Assembly (NCBI GenBank): GCA_002104895.1
Contig: MCFG01000093.1
Coordinates: 124,001 to 185,292 of the forward strand
Reading direction: 5' to 3'
Source of the DNA: Anaeromyces robustus
Lineage: Eukaryota
Length of the DNA: 61,292 nt
The first letter of the stretch is position 1; the number at the start of each line of letters is the position of its first letter. Below are positions 1 through 13,911 of this stretch, piece by piece. The translations under genes were made by a program, and so were the position numbers. Below the pieces are notes generated by a model. The model saw only the letters and a list, made by a program, of their open reading frames with translations. It was not told the origin of the DNA and did no database searches.

Positions 1-1
1 T

Positions 2-1282
2 TTAATGTTAAAGACTTTCCCAAAACGTAAGATGATATTTGTTCCACATGCTAAATGTAAGACTATTGTACCAGATACATTTAAGGTTTTATTATCTCAA
101 AGACGTCGTTGGATTAATTCAACTATTCATAATTTATTAGAATTAGTTTTAGTTCGTGATCTTTGTGGTACTTTCTGTTTCTCTATGCAATTTGTTGTAG
201 CCGTCGAACTTTCTGGTACTGTTGTATTACCAGCAGCTATTATGTTTACTATTTATTTAATTCTTTATACAATTTTCTCAGGAAGAGTCGAATGGATTCC
301 AATTATTATGCTTATAGCTATTTTAGGTTTACCAGGTGTTTTAATTGTTATTACATCTCTTAAATGGAGTTATGTTGGTTGGATGTTAATATATCTTATT
401 TCATTACCAATTTGGAACTTTGTACTCCCATCTTATGCTATGTGGCACTTTGATGATTTCTCATGGGGTGAAACAAGAAAAGTTCAAGGTAGTGGTAAGG
501 ATGATCATGGTCATAAGAAGGATGGTGAATTTGATAGTTCTTCTGTACCATTAAAGCATTGGGCTGAATATGAAAAAGAACGTTTAGGTATAAGAACAAA
601 TAGTGTTTACTTTGGAACAAATCCATTACATATTACTTCTCCAACACTTAAAACAGGTTCACAAAGTAGTACTAATAGTAATAACACAGCATCCCAAGTT
701 ATTGGTATTTCACATCGTACTACTAGTGGACAAGCTAATCTTTCTACTAATCCAGCTGTATTACGTGCAGTTCAACTTCAACAAAAGCAAGCTGTTCAAA
801 TGCAACTTGCTCGTCAAAATAATGGAAATCAAATACGACGTTTCTCAACTTCTAATTCATCTTCATCTGCTTCACCTTTAATAGGTGCTACTCAATCAAT
901 ACATTCAAAATCAAGTACAGCAATAAGTTCTCTTTCAAATAAATCATCAATGAATATGAATGATGGATATAATCAAGGTATGAAATCAGGTTTACCAAAT
1001 TTACCTAATAATGTAACAATACCTACTCCTACCTATCATACAAATAAACAAAGTGGTCCAATGATGAATAATATGGGACCAGGTAATAATAATAATCCAT
1101 ATATAATATCACAACCACCAATGCCACCACAAATTCCAAGTCCAAATAGACAATCAATAAATATATCACCAGGACAATCACCAAAAGCTTCTCCTAGACA
1201 ATCAAGAAATATAACACATATGGATGTTAATTCAAGTTTACCACCTCCAATCCCACCAAATCGTGGTATATCAAAGCAATAG
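2..1282 (+). CDS. CHS3: Chitin synthase, division 2 / class IV (Chs3-like), 3' part only; gene begins upstream of the window
   Basis: [57 protein letters not shown] matches class IV chitin synthases. It has the QRRRW motif, three hydrophobic TM segments and [12 protein letters not shown], then a ~230 aa S/N/Q/P-rich tail with no DEK_C domain. Confidence 0.93.
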   Translation, partial: LMLKTFPKRKMIFVPHAKCKTIVPDTFKVLLSQRRRWINSTIHNLLELVLVRDLCGTFCFSMQFVVAVELSGTVVLPAAIMFTIYLILYTIFSGRVEWIPIIMLIAILGLPGVLIVITSLKWSYVGWMLIYLISLPIWNFVLPSYAMWHFDDFSWGETRKVQGSGKDDHGHKKDGEFDSSSVPLKHWAEYEKERLGIRTNSVYFGTNPLHITSPTLKTGSQSSTNSNNTASQVIGISHRTTSGQANLSTNPAVLRAVQLQQKQAVQMQLARQNNGNQIRRFSTSNSSSSASPLIGATQSIHSKSSTAISSLSNKSSMNMNDGYNQGMKSGLPNLPNNVTIPTPTYHTNKQSGPMMNNMGPGNNNNPYIISQPPMPPQIPSPNRQSINISPGQSPKASPRQSRNITHMDVNSSLPPPIPPNRGISKQ

Positions 1283-1954
1283 ATTATTTTAAAATTCAAA
1301 AGAAAATAATATATTTCATACCATTAAACTCTTTTATCTTTTATAACTATTAATAATAATATAATATAATATTTCATAACTAAAGAAAAGAGATATATAA
1401 TAACAAAAATAATAATAATAAATAAAACCAGAAACAAAACCAAAAACAAATAAATCATAACAGAAATTAAACAAAAAAAAAAAATCATATAATAATATAT
1501 TTATATTCATCTAATTTTATATATTACTTTTTTTTTTTTTTTTATTTATTATTATGTTATTTTATATTTATATTTTTTTAATTATAAACAAAAAATATTA
1601 ATGAATTTTTTTTCATAAAAAAAAAAAAAAAAAAAGAAAAAAAGAAAAAAGAAAAAAAAATAATAAATGGAGTAAAGGAACAATAATATATAAAAATTTT
1701 AATAATACATATATTTTTTTTTTCTTTTACTTTTTCTTTTTTTTTTTTCTTTGAAAAATTATTAAAAATTTCTTATATAATTTTTAAAATTAGTTATATT
1801 TATATTTAAACTTTAATTGATGAGAAAACGAAAAATACCAAAAAAAAAAAATAAATTTATATACAACAAAAAAAAATAATAATAATATATAATAAAATAA
1901 AATAAAATTAAAATAAAATAAAATATATAAAAACATATTTTAAAAATGTACTAT

Positions 1955-1985
<31 letters not shown>

Positions 1986-2738
1986 TTTTTGTTTTTGTAA
2001 TACAGAACAAGCACAATACAATGATTATACTAAAATGATTTTATATATATATATATATATCCTAATATAATTTTTATTATACTTAAATTTCTTTTGATAA
2101 GATGGTATTAAGAGCTAGTATGAATTTTTTGTTTTTACGTATTATTATACTACTTTATACCCTCCAGTATTATTCATTATTATCTATAATGTTTAACTGG
2201 TTTTTTTTTTTTTTTTTAGTATAATTTTTTTTATGTGTTTTTTATGTGTTTTTTTATGATTCATATATATTAATATTTAAAATCAATAAAGATGATGTAT
2301 GAATCGTGTGCTATAAAAAAAAAAAAAAAAAAATTAAACTTAATTATTTTTACATAATTATCTTACTTCATAATTATAATCTTTAAAAAAAAAATTTTTT
2401 TTTTTAAATGATTTTGAATTTTTATATAAAATATATATAATAATAAAATAAAAAAATAAAAAAAAAAAAAAATAGAAATTAAATATATTTACTATATAAT
2501 TTTTTTTTTTATTTTAACACTAAAAGAATAATATAAATATTAAAACACATTCAAAATTTATTGATAAATATTTTCATTTAGTTTTTTTAATATAGATTAA
2601 TTATATTAATTTTATTTTATATAAAAATTGAAAATAAAATAATTTTTATTTTCTTCTTTTTTTTTTTTATTATTATTATTTTTATTATTATAAATTTTTC
2701 TTTTTTATTTTCTTTTTTTTTTTTTTTTTTTTTTTTTT

Positions 2739-3359
2739 TTAGTCATGATTTTCCCATGGAATAGTTACCCATAAACATTTAGCATTAAAAAATAATTCTT
2801 CTATTGGTTTATCAGGTAAAACATGAATAATTTTACCATTCCAAGATGTATATCTTAATTCTATATCTAAAGGGGATATACCTTCATAACCATTATCATT
2901 TATAAAAACTTTTTCAATAGAATAATCATAATTATCTTTAGATAATTTACCTTTCTCAATTCGTTGATAATTCCAAAATATTTCACTAGGTGATTTTAAA
3001 ATTTTTGCAATAGGTTCATTATATTCTTGTTTTCCTTTGGATGCATAATATTTTTCATAATTTTGTGGTGTTAAAGAATGACGAATTATTACCAATCCTA
3101 AATCTTTTTTATTATATTTTCTACTGATAGAATTAGTATTTGTAGTATTAGTAGTAGTATTAGTAATAGTAGTAGTAGTAGAAAATGAAGAATTATGTTT
3201 TCTTCGATGATGTTTATCACCTCCATTATTACTTATATCACCACTCTCTACATCGGTACCATTATAATCTATATTATTTTCATCATCTTTATAATTGTTC
3301 TCTTCATCATTATTATTATTATTATCAGTAGTAGCAGTATTAGTAGTATTAATATTATT

Positions 3360-3390
<31 letters not shown>

Positions 3391-3756
3391 ACATTATTAT
3401 TATTAGCATTATTATTATTATTATTTGGTAGATTAGAATCAATATCCATTGCATCAACTTTAGGAGGATTTGAAGTAATATCTGAAGTATTTACCACTTT
3501 ATTATTGGTATCAGCATCTATTTTTGTATCTGTCTCTTTATTATTACTTTTAGTATCAGTAGTTTTATTATTATTATTATTATTATTGTTATTGTTATTG
3601 TTAGTTGATAGATTAGAATCAATATCCATTTCATCAACTACGGGAGGATTTGAAGTAGTATCTGAAGAATTCACTATTTTATTATTGGTATCAGCATCTA
3701 TTATTGCATCTATCTCTTCATTATTACTTTTAGTATCAATAGTTTTATTATTATTA

Positions 3757-3826
<70 letters not shown>

Positions 3827-5143
3827 TGTTGGTGGTGGTATTAATAATAGATGATTGTTTATTTTTGTCATCATTCTTACTATCACTATCATTTTTATCA
3901 TTATTATCAGCAGTAAAAGAATTCTTTTTTGGTATATTATGATGATTAATGAATTTTTCTTTATTTCCACTTTTATCTTTTTCATCTATATCCATGGATG
4001 ATGACATTATTTTATCTTTATCGTTTTCAATCTCATCTAACTCCATAGGTGAAGTTGATGATATTATTTTACCATTATCTTTAATTTGAGCTTCAGGTAT
4101 TATTGATTTATTTTCATTTATATCCGAATTAGTAATTATTTCATCATTGTTTCCTTTGTTATCTTTACTATTTTCATTATCTTTATTTTCCTTACTATCC
4201 ACATTATTATTATCTTTATTATTTTTATTATTATTTTCATTTTCTTTATTATCCTTATTTTCTACATGATTATTATCTTTATTATCTTTGTTATTTTCAT
4301 TATCTTTACTATCTTTACTATCCACATTATTATTATCTTTATTATCTTTGCTATTTCCATTATCTTTATTATCCTTAATATCCATATTATTATTATTATT
4401 ATTATTTAAAGTAATATTAGTCTCCATAGTATTATTATTCTTAGAATCAATATTATCTTTATTTAAATTATTAATATTATTTAATTGTTGTTGTTCTAGT
4501 GATGTTGATAGTAATGATGATGTTTGTTTTTCTATTTGTCTATTTATTTGATCTATAAAATAATTTTTATTTATGGTTTTAATTTCCCAAGTCCATCTTT
4601 TATTAAATTCTCTTGCAATCATTTGTGTAAGATTCATAATGTCAGTAACAACAGAAAAATCTATAACAACTTGTCGATTATCAGAAGAATTTGTACATTG
4701 AATTTTACAATCTTCAATAGAATTTCTACTATGCCGTATACTTTTTCTAGTTGAATAAGTATTAAATTCAAAACTAACAAGAGGTGTATGAAATGGCATT
4801 GGATGATCAAGAATCATATAAGGTTCCTTTTCATCTAAAAGCTTTATTCTTTTTATATTTTTATTAATTGGTTTGTCTTTTTTAGTCATTTTCTCTTGTT
4901 GAATTTTTTTTTCTATAGCATCAAATATAGATACTAAAGAAGTTGGTACTGAATAACCATATTTTGTCATTGTCATATTATTAGAAACTCGTTGTTTTGG
5001 TAATTGCTCTTGAGGTTCTTGAGGTGATGGTTGCACATTTGTTTTATTAATAGTATTATTAACAGTATTATTATTATTAGTAGTCGTAGTAGTTGTTGTT
5101 GTAGTAGTTGTAGTAGTGGTAATATTAGTAGTATTAATATTAA

Positions 5144-5187
<44 letters not shown>

Positions 5188-6660
5188 GCATTAACATTAA
5201 TATTAGTATTAATATTAGTATTAATATTAGTATTATTATGATTATTATTATCAATATTATTAGTATTAATATTGTTATTATTAGCATTATTAATATTATT
5301 ATTATTATAATAATAAGTTTTATTATTAATAGTAGTAGTAGTATTAATGTTATTAAATGAAGATTGATTTATCGGTATTTGTTGTTGTTGTTGTTGAAAT
5401 TGTTGTTGTTGCTGCTGTTGTTGCTGTTGTTGCTGTTGTTGAAATTGTTGAAATTGTTGTTGTTGTTGAAATTGTTGAACTTGTTGTTGTGGTTGTTGTT
5501 GTTGCTGTTGTTGTTGTTGCATCTGTGGTAGTGGTTGTTGTATTTGTTGCAATTGTACTTGTGTTGGCATTGGTTTTGAAGCTAGTGGTAATGTAATATT
5601 TGGTATTATTCGTTGAGGTACCTGTGTCGATACTTGATGTATTTGGTTTTGTTGTATTGAATTTGATATTATCGGTTGATGTGATATATTTCGTACCATT
5701 GGTGATGAATGTATTTGTCCATTATTTTGAGTTAATTGAGCTTGTGAAGATTGAACACGGACTGATTGTTGTGTTGTTTGTAATTGTTGTAATTGATATT
5801 TTTGAAATGCCAAAAGTTGATTTTGTTGTTGTTGCTGTTGTTGCTGTTGTTGTTGCTGTTGCTGTTGCTGTTGTTGTTGTAATGTCTGAAGTGGGTTTAT
5901 TTGTTTAGAGTTTAATATGGGATTCACAATATTTGAAGGAGGAGACGATATATTTCCCATTATCATATTATTTTGACGTTGAGATGTTAATTGTTGGGAT
6001 TGACGTAATTGTAATTGTTGCTGTAATGCTGAAAAAGGATTTGATGGTGCTGATGGTAAAATAGTTTCTTGCGGCTTTGATAATGGTAATGAATTAGTGA
6101 GACAATTAGATTGATTATTTCTCGATTCTAAGCTTTGTTGCGGTATATGTGGTGATTGTTGAGATTGTTGGGATTGTGATTTTTTTTGTAATAATAATAG
6201 TTGTTGCTGTATTAATTGTTGTTGTTTTTGTTGTTGTCGTTGTTGTTCTAATAATTGTAATTGATTTTGTGAAGCTATTTGTTGTGGAATTTGTTTATTT
6301 AATTTTAATATATTTAATTGTTCTTGAATTAGTTTCTGCCGTTCCTGTATATCTTTCATCTGTTGTTGTAATTGATGTTGTTGCTGAAATTGTTTAAGCA
6401 TTTGATTTTGTTGATTCAATGATTTATTTAAAGAATCTGATGGTAAGGTTTTATTTGGTGTATTATTTAACGATGAATTTTGAATATTATCATTATTTAT
6501 ACTTGAAACTGAATTCTGATTAGTATTATTTGATAATGTTATATTCTGATCTAATGGTTTATCATTAAATATTCTATTTGAATTATTATTGTTATTGTTG
6601 TCGTTGTTGTTGTTGTTATTGTTACTGATAGCATTGGCGGTATAATTGTTATTATTATTA

Positions 6661-6724
<64 letters not shown>

Positions 6725-7222
6725 TATTATTATTAGAAATATCACTATTGTCATTATTGGTAGTCATAGCGTTATTTTTAATATCACTTTTAATATTTAA
6801 ATTACCCAATAATTCATTAACGCCTTTTTTATTATCTCCAGAATTTATTACCAAATTTTTTAATAAAAATTTTTCAAGTACATCTTCAGTTAAAACATTT
6901 TTCAAAGTCTGTGATAACAAATTATCATTCTTATAATAAAATTAAAAAATGTTTTTATTTGATATTATACATAAAAAATAATTAGTAATCAATGAAAGAA
7001 ATCAAACAACTATAAAAACTAATAAATATATATATTTACCAGTAAATTTTTCAAAGGTTCATCTTTATTATCCTTTTTCTTAACATGTAATAATTTTGGT
7101 TCTATATTTATGGATGGTGGTATATTATCTATAAATTCTTCAAATTTTTTTTTTGAAACTTCATTATTTTCATCTTTTTAAGAATTTATTTTATTGGAAA
7201 GAAAATATCATAAAACAAAATA

Positions 7223-7285
<63 letters not shown>

Positions 7286-7327
7286 GACAATAAATAAAAG
7301 AAATAAAATAATAATAATAGTAAATAT

Positions 7328-7373
<46 letters not shown>

Positions 7374-8327
7374 AGACAATATGAATATTATAAAATATAT
7401 CCAATTAATATTATAAAAAAAATTACCAAAATTATTTATTAAAGCTAAAAAATCCTGTATTTGAGTTTTTCCAATCTCACAACAACGGAAAAAATTATTT
7501 ACATCCTCAATATAAATAGTATTTATATGTGCTATTCCTTTAATATCAGTATTTATAGAATTTGAAAATTTGTTTATCCATAATAATGCCTCTATATAAT
7601 GAATTTGGTTTTTTGGTGGTATTTTTAATCTGTAAAATGAACACAAAGAGCATTTACATTTATTTTGACACATAGATTCTAACCATTCTAAATGTTGAAT
7701 AAATGAACTTTTAATTATTTAATAGAAATGAAATATAAAAATTATAAAAATGTATATTTATTTAATAATTTTATAATTTTTATACATTATTATTAAAATA
7801 GTATATAAATTATAATATAAATTATATTTTTATTATCTGAATATACTTTATATTTATATATGGTAAGCCAGAAGGATGACCTAAAATAATACTATATATA
7901 TTTAATAGTTTTAAAATATTATCTTAACAAAAAAAAAAAAAAAAAAAAAAAGATATACTTGTAATATTAAAATGAACAGAAAAATAAAAAATTACACATT
8001 TGAATTATATTTTCTTTGTGAAGATTCATCGACTAGTACTTCCTCAGAGATAAAATTTTGAGTTGCATCTGGTGAATATATTAAAGTAAAAAAAGAATAA
8101 TTGGAAGGAAGAGACGATAATAATTGAAAATCACAATTTCTTATTTCAGCTAATTTTTTCGAAGAATGAGTCAACCAATCTTTGACTACATTGCTTTCTA
8201 AATTTTCATTTTTTACTAAATAAATTAAACAACCTTTATCTGATTTTGGAAATGATAATATTTCTTCATAAGATTCTTCTGGATTACATGCTCTTAATTG
8301 GCCATCTGAAATTATAGGTGGATCCAT
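2739..8327 (-). CDS. Large (~1660 aa) N/Q-rich protein with an N-terminal Clr2-like (cryptic loci regulator 2, transcription-silencing) Cys/His domain; 5 exons
   Basis: Exons 8327-7996, 7891-7847, 7707-7427, 7173-7040, 6929-2739 join in frame at GT..AG junctions. The spliced N-terminus reads ...FQLLSSLPSNYSFF...RKYNSNVIILGHPSGLPYININSFIQHLEWLESMCQNKCKCSLC, matching the Clr2 N-terminal pattern LP.GY...GHPSG..F.S..EF..HL.WL....CxCxxC. The rest is poly-N/poly-Q with two small globular-looking islands. Confidence 0.7.
3421..3780 (-). repeat. 180-bp (60 aa) tandem internal duplication within the Clr2-like gene
   Basis: The sequence starting at 3421 and at 3601 is near-identical at a 180 nt offset and encodes NNNNKT.DTKSNN.E.D..IDADTNNK.VN.SD.TSNPP.VD.MDIDSNL twice. 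Confidence 0.9.
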
Positions 8328-9045
8328 CTTATAAAATTTTAATATTAACTTAAAATGTAATTATATATATAAATAAACAGAAAGATTGTTTTATTTTATT
8401 ATTATTTATCACGTTCTTTATATTTTTCTTTTAATTCTTAATTTTCCCTTCACTTTTGTTTTTACTTTATTTGGAAAAATTAAATAAAAAAAATAGCTTA
8501 TTAATTTCTAATAATTAACAAATAATTTATATATGTATTTATAAAACACTTTTATTTAATTAAAATAAATTAATTGTATTGTAATAATTAATATTTAAAA
8601 TAAATAAAAAAAAAAATCAACATAATATGAATGTATTAATATTATAAATTTCTATTTAAAAATCTAAATTTCTTGATTTAAAAAAAATATATTATTTAAA
8701 TATCTTTATAAATCTATTAAATATTAAATTAAAAATATTATTATTATATTATCAAATCTTTATAAATATTATGTAATAAATGATTAAAAATAAAAAAATG
8801 CATAAAAAAATATATTAAAAAAAATTTTTTTTTCACATCACAAAACTTTAAAATGAATATATTAAAAGAAAATATATTAAAAGAAATTATTTTATAAAAC
8901 TTCATACATTCTTCTTTTCATCCTTTTTTTTCTTCTATTTATTTTTAAATAATATCTTTTACATAAAAAATAAATAATATGAAAATATAAAATATAAATA
9001 ATAATATGAAAATATGAAATATAAATAATAATAACAAAATATAAA

Positions 9046-11653
9046 ATGGAAATGGAATTCGAAATATGTATGCTATTTCTATAAATAATACAAAAAATAA
9101 TTGTTAATATGTATATTATAAATTAAAAATAAAATACTAACATATCTTATGGTTATATAAACATTATCAAGTAAAACAAAAATATAAAAGACAAAATCTT
9201 GAAATTATTCGCATTAATACTATATATGCAACAAAAATAAGAAATTATGAAGTAAAAAATATTATTACATATTTATTTAATAAAAATATAATATAATTAA
9301 TGTATTTTAAAATATTAAATATTATATATGTATTTATATAATATAATAATTATAAAAATAATTAAGATTAGACAAAATAAATTATTACAAGCAAATATTG
9401 ATTTAACAATGAAGCTTAATAAAATAAAAAAAATGATAAAAAATTGTCTAAGTCATTATTATGAATTTAAAAATGAAAAATATTCAGTAGACTCACATAA
9501 AAAGGTAAAATTTTAATTTTTCAATAATTATCATATAATAATAAACATATATTTTTATATCAAATTAATATCACTATTTATATTATTAGGAATATTTAGA
9601 AAAAATATTTGGTACATTATATAATATCATAATAGCAATTGATAATAAAAAAAACTTATATAATAGTATTAAAGGTTAATATTTATAATAAATTCAATAT
9701 AATAATTTTTTTAAAAATATTAAACTATAAAAATTTTTTCTTGTCCTACATAAATAAAATTTATTTTATTTCATTATTACTATACTTTTAAATTTTATTA
9801 TTAAGATAAAACAATAGTAAAAAACCAATCAAAAAAAGAAAAATTATTTACACTTAATTCCATAAATGATAACAACGATATAAAGTAAAATTTAAAATTT
9901 AAAATAAAATAAAGAGTACAAATAAAAAGAATATATATATATATTTATATATATTAACAATTTTTAACAATTAAAAACTAAAATGTTTTAAATATTTTTT
10001 TTTCTTTTCTTTTTTTGTTTTTATTAATTGAAATAAATTTCATTATATAAATTTTATGGTCAAAAAGTGAATATAAAGAATCTAATCTAATAAAGAATAA
10101 TAGTAAATCATTGGATTTAGAAAATTTTTCATATATAACTCAAAAAAATAATATAGATTCATCATTAATATTATCATCACCAAAACCTAATGTTTCAAAT
10201 AAAAGTAATAAGTTTGATACACCACAAAAAAAGTCATATTTCAATCCAACTAGAAATGACAAATTCAAAAAAGTATCTACATTAATTTCAGATTCATTTT
10301 TTGATAGTGATAATCCTTTTTTACTTCCCACTAATAAATATATTACTACAAAAGCAAAAAATAATTTAAAAAATGAAAATGATACATCAATGATAGATAA
10401 AACCAAAAAATTATCTCCAGTATCTTTAAATAGAAAAAAAGAAAAAGAAAATAAAAAAAAAGAAGTTTATATAGAAACCTTAGATGATATACCTATTATA
10501 GTTAAAAAGAAAGATTTAAGGTATAATTTATCATCTGCATCTCAATCCACTGAATCTTCAATATCAATTTCAATATCTCCTTCTCCACCTTTATCATCTT
10601 CACCACAATTATCACCATATAAAAAAGTACGATCAAATTTTGTTATTGGTCCATTCAGTACTAAAAAAGAATCAAGTTATAGTAATGATAATAATAATGA
10701 TGATGAAATTGACAATAATACCATCAGTGATGATGATAATGATGATGATAGTAATGATGATGATAATTACAATAATGATGATAGTGATGATGATGATAAT
10801 GATGATAGTAATGATGATGATAATGATGACAGCAATTTTAATCATTCCTTATATACTATTTCTAGTGATGATTCTAATAATAATAATGAGTTGAATAATA
10901 AAGAACAAGAAGAAGATATTTATCATGAAAAACATAAAAATTTAATTGATAAAAATAGTATTAATGAATATAAAAACAATGATAATAAAAAAAATAAAAA
11001 TAGTGACACTAATCATAATTCTAATAATAATACTATTCATAAACAATCTTATAATAATAATAATACTTTAAACATCACCAAAAATAGTAATAATAATTAT
11101 CAAATTAATCATTCAAATAAAATGAAACATTCTTTAAAAACTATTTCATCATCGTCAAATATAACTAAGAGAAAAAAAATAAAAATACATAATAGTATAG
11201 ATATCAAAACAATTACTTCCTCTAATAAAAAAAATATTTCAAAAATACCTTTATCATCACCTTATAAATCACCAATTAAACATTCTATTGATAAAGAAAA
11301 CATTAATCCAAATCGTAGAAGTCATAGACATAAAAATATTGTAAATTATACATTACCTAGCATTAGAAGGTTTGATATTATTATTTATAAAATTATAAAA
11401 AAATTTTTTTATTTTTTCATTTAAAATGAAATAATAATAACAAATTATTATTATTATAACAAATTATACAATTAATTATAACAAATTATACAATTAATTA
11501 TAAAAATTTTTTGTATAATTAATTGTATAATTTATTAATAGTAAATTAAGAAGAGGTGATAAAGATTATGGTTGTGGTATTATTAGACCTTTAGATAACC
11601 CATATGGTATAAATACTTTCAGTCATAAAGATATTAATGAAAAAGAAATATAA
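9046..11653 (+). CDS. SGO1: Shugoshin (centromeric cohesin protector); 7 exons
   Basis: Exons 9046-9067, 9172-9251, 9367-9504, 9590-9674, 9806-9884, 10068-11369, 11542-11653 are in frame. N-terminal coiled coil LKQKYKRQNLEIIRINTIYATKIRNYEIRQNKLLQANIDL fits the Shugoshin_N pattern. The C-terminal basic SGO motif is RRSHRHKNIVNYTLPSIRSKLRRGD, preceded by a KEN box (KENINP). Confidence 0.85.
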
Positions 11654-13053
11654 TAAAAAAAAAACTTTTCACTAATAATAAAAAAAAAAAACATACTTAA
11701 TCCTTTAATGAAATTATTTTTTTAATTAAAATTATATTAATATATGGCCCTAATTGAAAATTCTTCACCTTCTTTTTTTTTTTTGTTGTTGTTGTTATTG
11801 AAAAATTTTAACAAAAGTTATATGAAATATTCCTATAGTTTAATCCTGTTAAAATGGAATATATATAAATATATTGTATAATATTATAAAAAAAATATTA
11901 TTACTTTTATTATTTAATAATTAAATTTGATTATTATTAAGAAACGTTTTATACCATGTTATGTAAATAAATACTCTGTTACATATATAAATAAAAACTT
12001 ATTTTTTAATATATATATATATAAATATGTTTTAATAAAATCAACTATTTACAATTATTAATATTATTATTATTGTTATTATTTTCTTATTATTATCTTT
12101 ATTACAAAAATAAAAATTTAAAAAAAATAAAAATTATTGATAATAAAACAATATCAATCAATATAAATAGAATCAAATAATAACAATAATGATAATGAAA
12201 AAAAAAAGGGAAACTATTTATTATTTTTTTTTATTATTATTTTATTAAATATTATTATTACATAAAAAAAAAAATAAATTTATAAATTTTTTATATATTT
12301 ATTTTTATTTTTAAAAATTATTGTATAAAATAAAATTAAAAAAATATATTATTATAAAAATCTATTTTCTTATACAAAAAAATTCTTCATTTTAAAATAA
12401 AACATTTTTTATTATTTATTATTTACGTTTCTCTTGTTCTTGTTCACTTTATTTGTTTTTCATCTACCTTCTTTTTTTTATTTTTATTTTATCATTATTA
12501 AATTAATTTGTTAATTTTTTTGCACTTTTTTTTTTTTGTTATTATTATTATTTATTTATTTTTTTTTTTTTTTTGTTTGTTTGTGTGTTTGTTTGTTTGT
12601 TTTAGTTTTCTATTTTGTTTTTTTTTTTTTTTATTTTTTATGTATTTTATAATAAAAGTCAAAAGAAACATTTAATAATTTTGATGATTTATTAATTTTT
12701 AATTATATTGTTGTTTATTTGTTTATTAACTTCGTTTTGCTTCATTTTATAATTATTATATTATGATTTATGTTATTATGATTATTATTCTCTCCTTTTT
12801 TTTTAATTTTTTTTTTTCTTTTTCTCAGAAATAATAAACAATAAAATGTTTTATAATAATACTTTTAAAAATTCTTTTAGAAAAAATTCGTAAGATATAA
12901 TTATTTATGAGAAGTTATAACATGAAAATTCGATTTTTTTTTTTTTTTTTTTTTTTTTAATTAATTTATTTGTTTGTTTATTTTAATATAATGGAGCAGT
13001 AAAAAAAAATATATTTAAATATTCTATTTTTATTATAAATTCCTTGTAATATT

Positions 13054-13855
13054 TTATTTCTTCTTTCCCCACATACTGAACAAGCCCCAACCTTTCTTTT
13101 CTTGAGTTTTACCTGAAGCTCTTAAATGTAATCTATCCATAGAATAATCCATCTTATTCAAAGCAATATCAAAGAATAATGGTTTGCATGGAATTGGTTC
13201 AAAGGTTGGTGGGAAGTCAATAAGGCGTGGATCACTTTTATCAAATTCATCAGTAGCATAATCATCCATATGTGTAATAAGAACCTAAATTATAAAAGTA
13301 AATAATAAATATTTAATATATATATTAAATATATATATATTTAATTTTATTATTTTTTTATTTATTCTTTTTTTTTTTAATATATATATATATATATTTA
13401 TATTTATATTATTATTTCTTACTTGTCTTTTCTCCTCCTTCTTAGAAAGTTCCTCAGTTGATGAAGCGACTCCTTCTTCAACATTAGATAAACAATATCT
13501 AGCTTTTTGTTCAATTCTAAGTTTTCGTATTTTTTCGCTAACTTCCTCACATTTTTCCTTAAATTCTTCTAATTCTTGAATATCTTCTTTACTAATTTCA
13601 GTAGATAATGCTTTATTACCTGTAATTTTTCTTAAAATAGTATCAATTTCTAACTTTGAATTACTAACATATGAATTAGCACGACTTAATAATGCTATAG
13701 ATTCTGGAATTTTTGAATCATCAATATAAAGATTAGCACATGATAAGCATCTTTAAAATATTTATTAAAATAAATATTAAGATATAATTATATAATATCA
13801 ATTAATGTATTATTAATAATAATATTAATATATAATACGAAAAAGAAAAAGAAAG

Positions 13856-13911
<56 letters not shown>

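Noticed and set aside
3195..6936. Many I/L/V-rich ORFs overlapping the large minus-strand gene
   Set aside because: Shadow frames of (AAT)n/(CAA)n coding microsatellites.
7950..8040. Apparent frameshift in the first exon of the Clr2-like gene
   Set aside because: Resolved by using the donor at 7995 and the acceptor at 7892, which gives a continuous frame through GHPSG.
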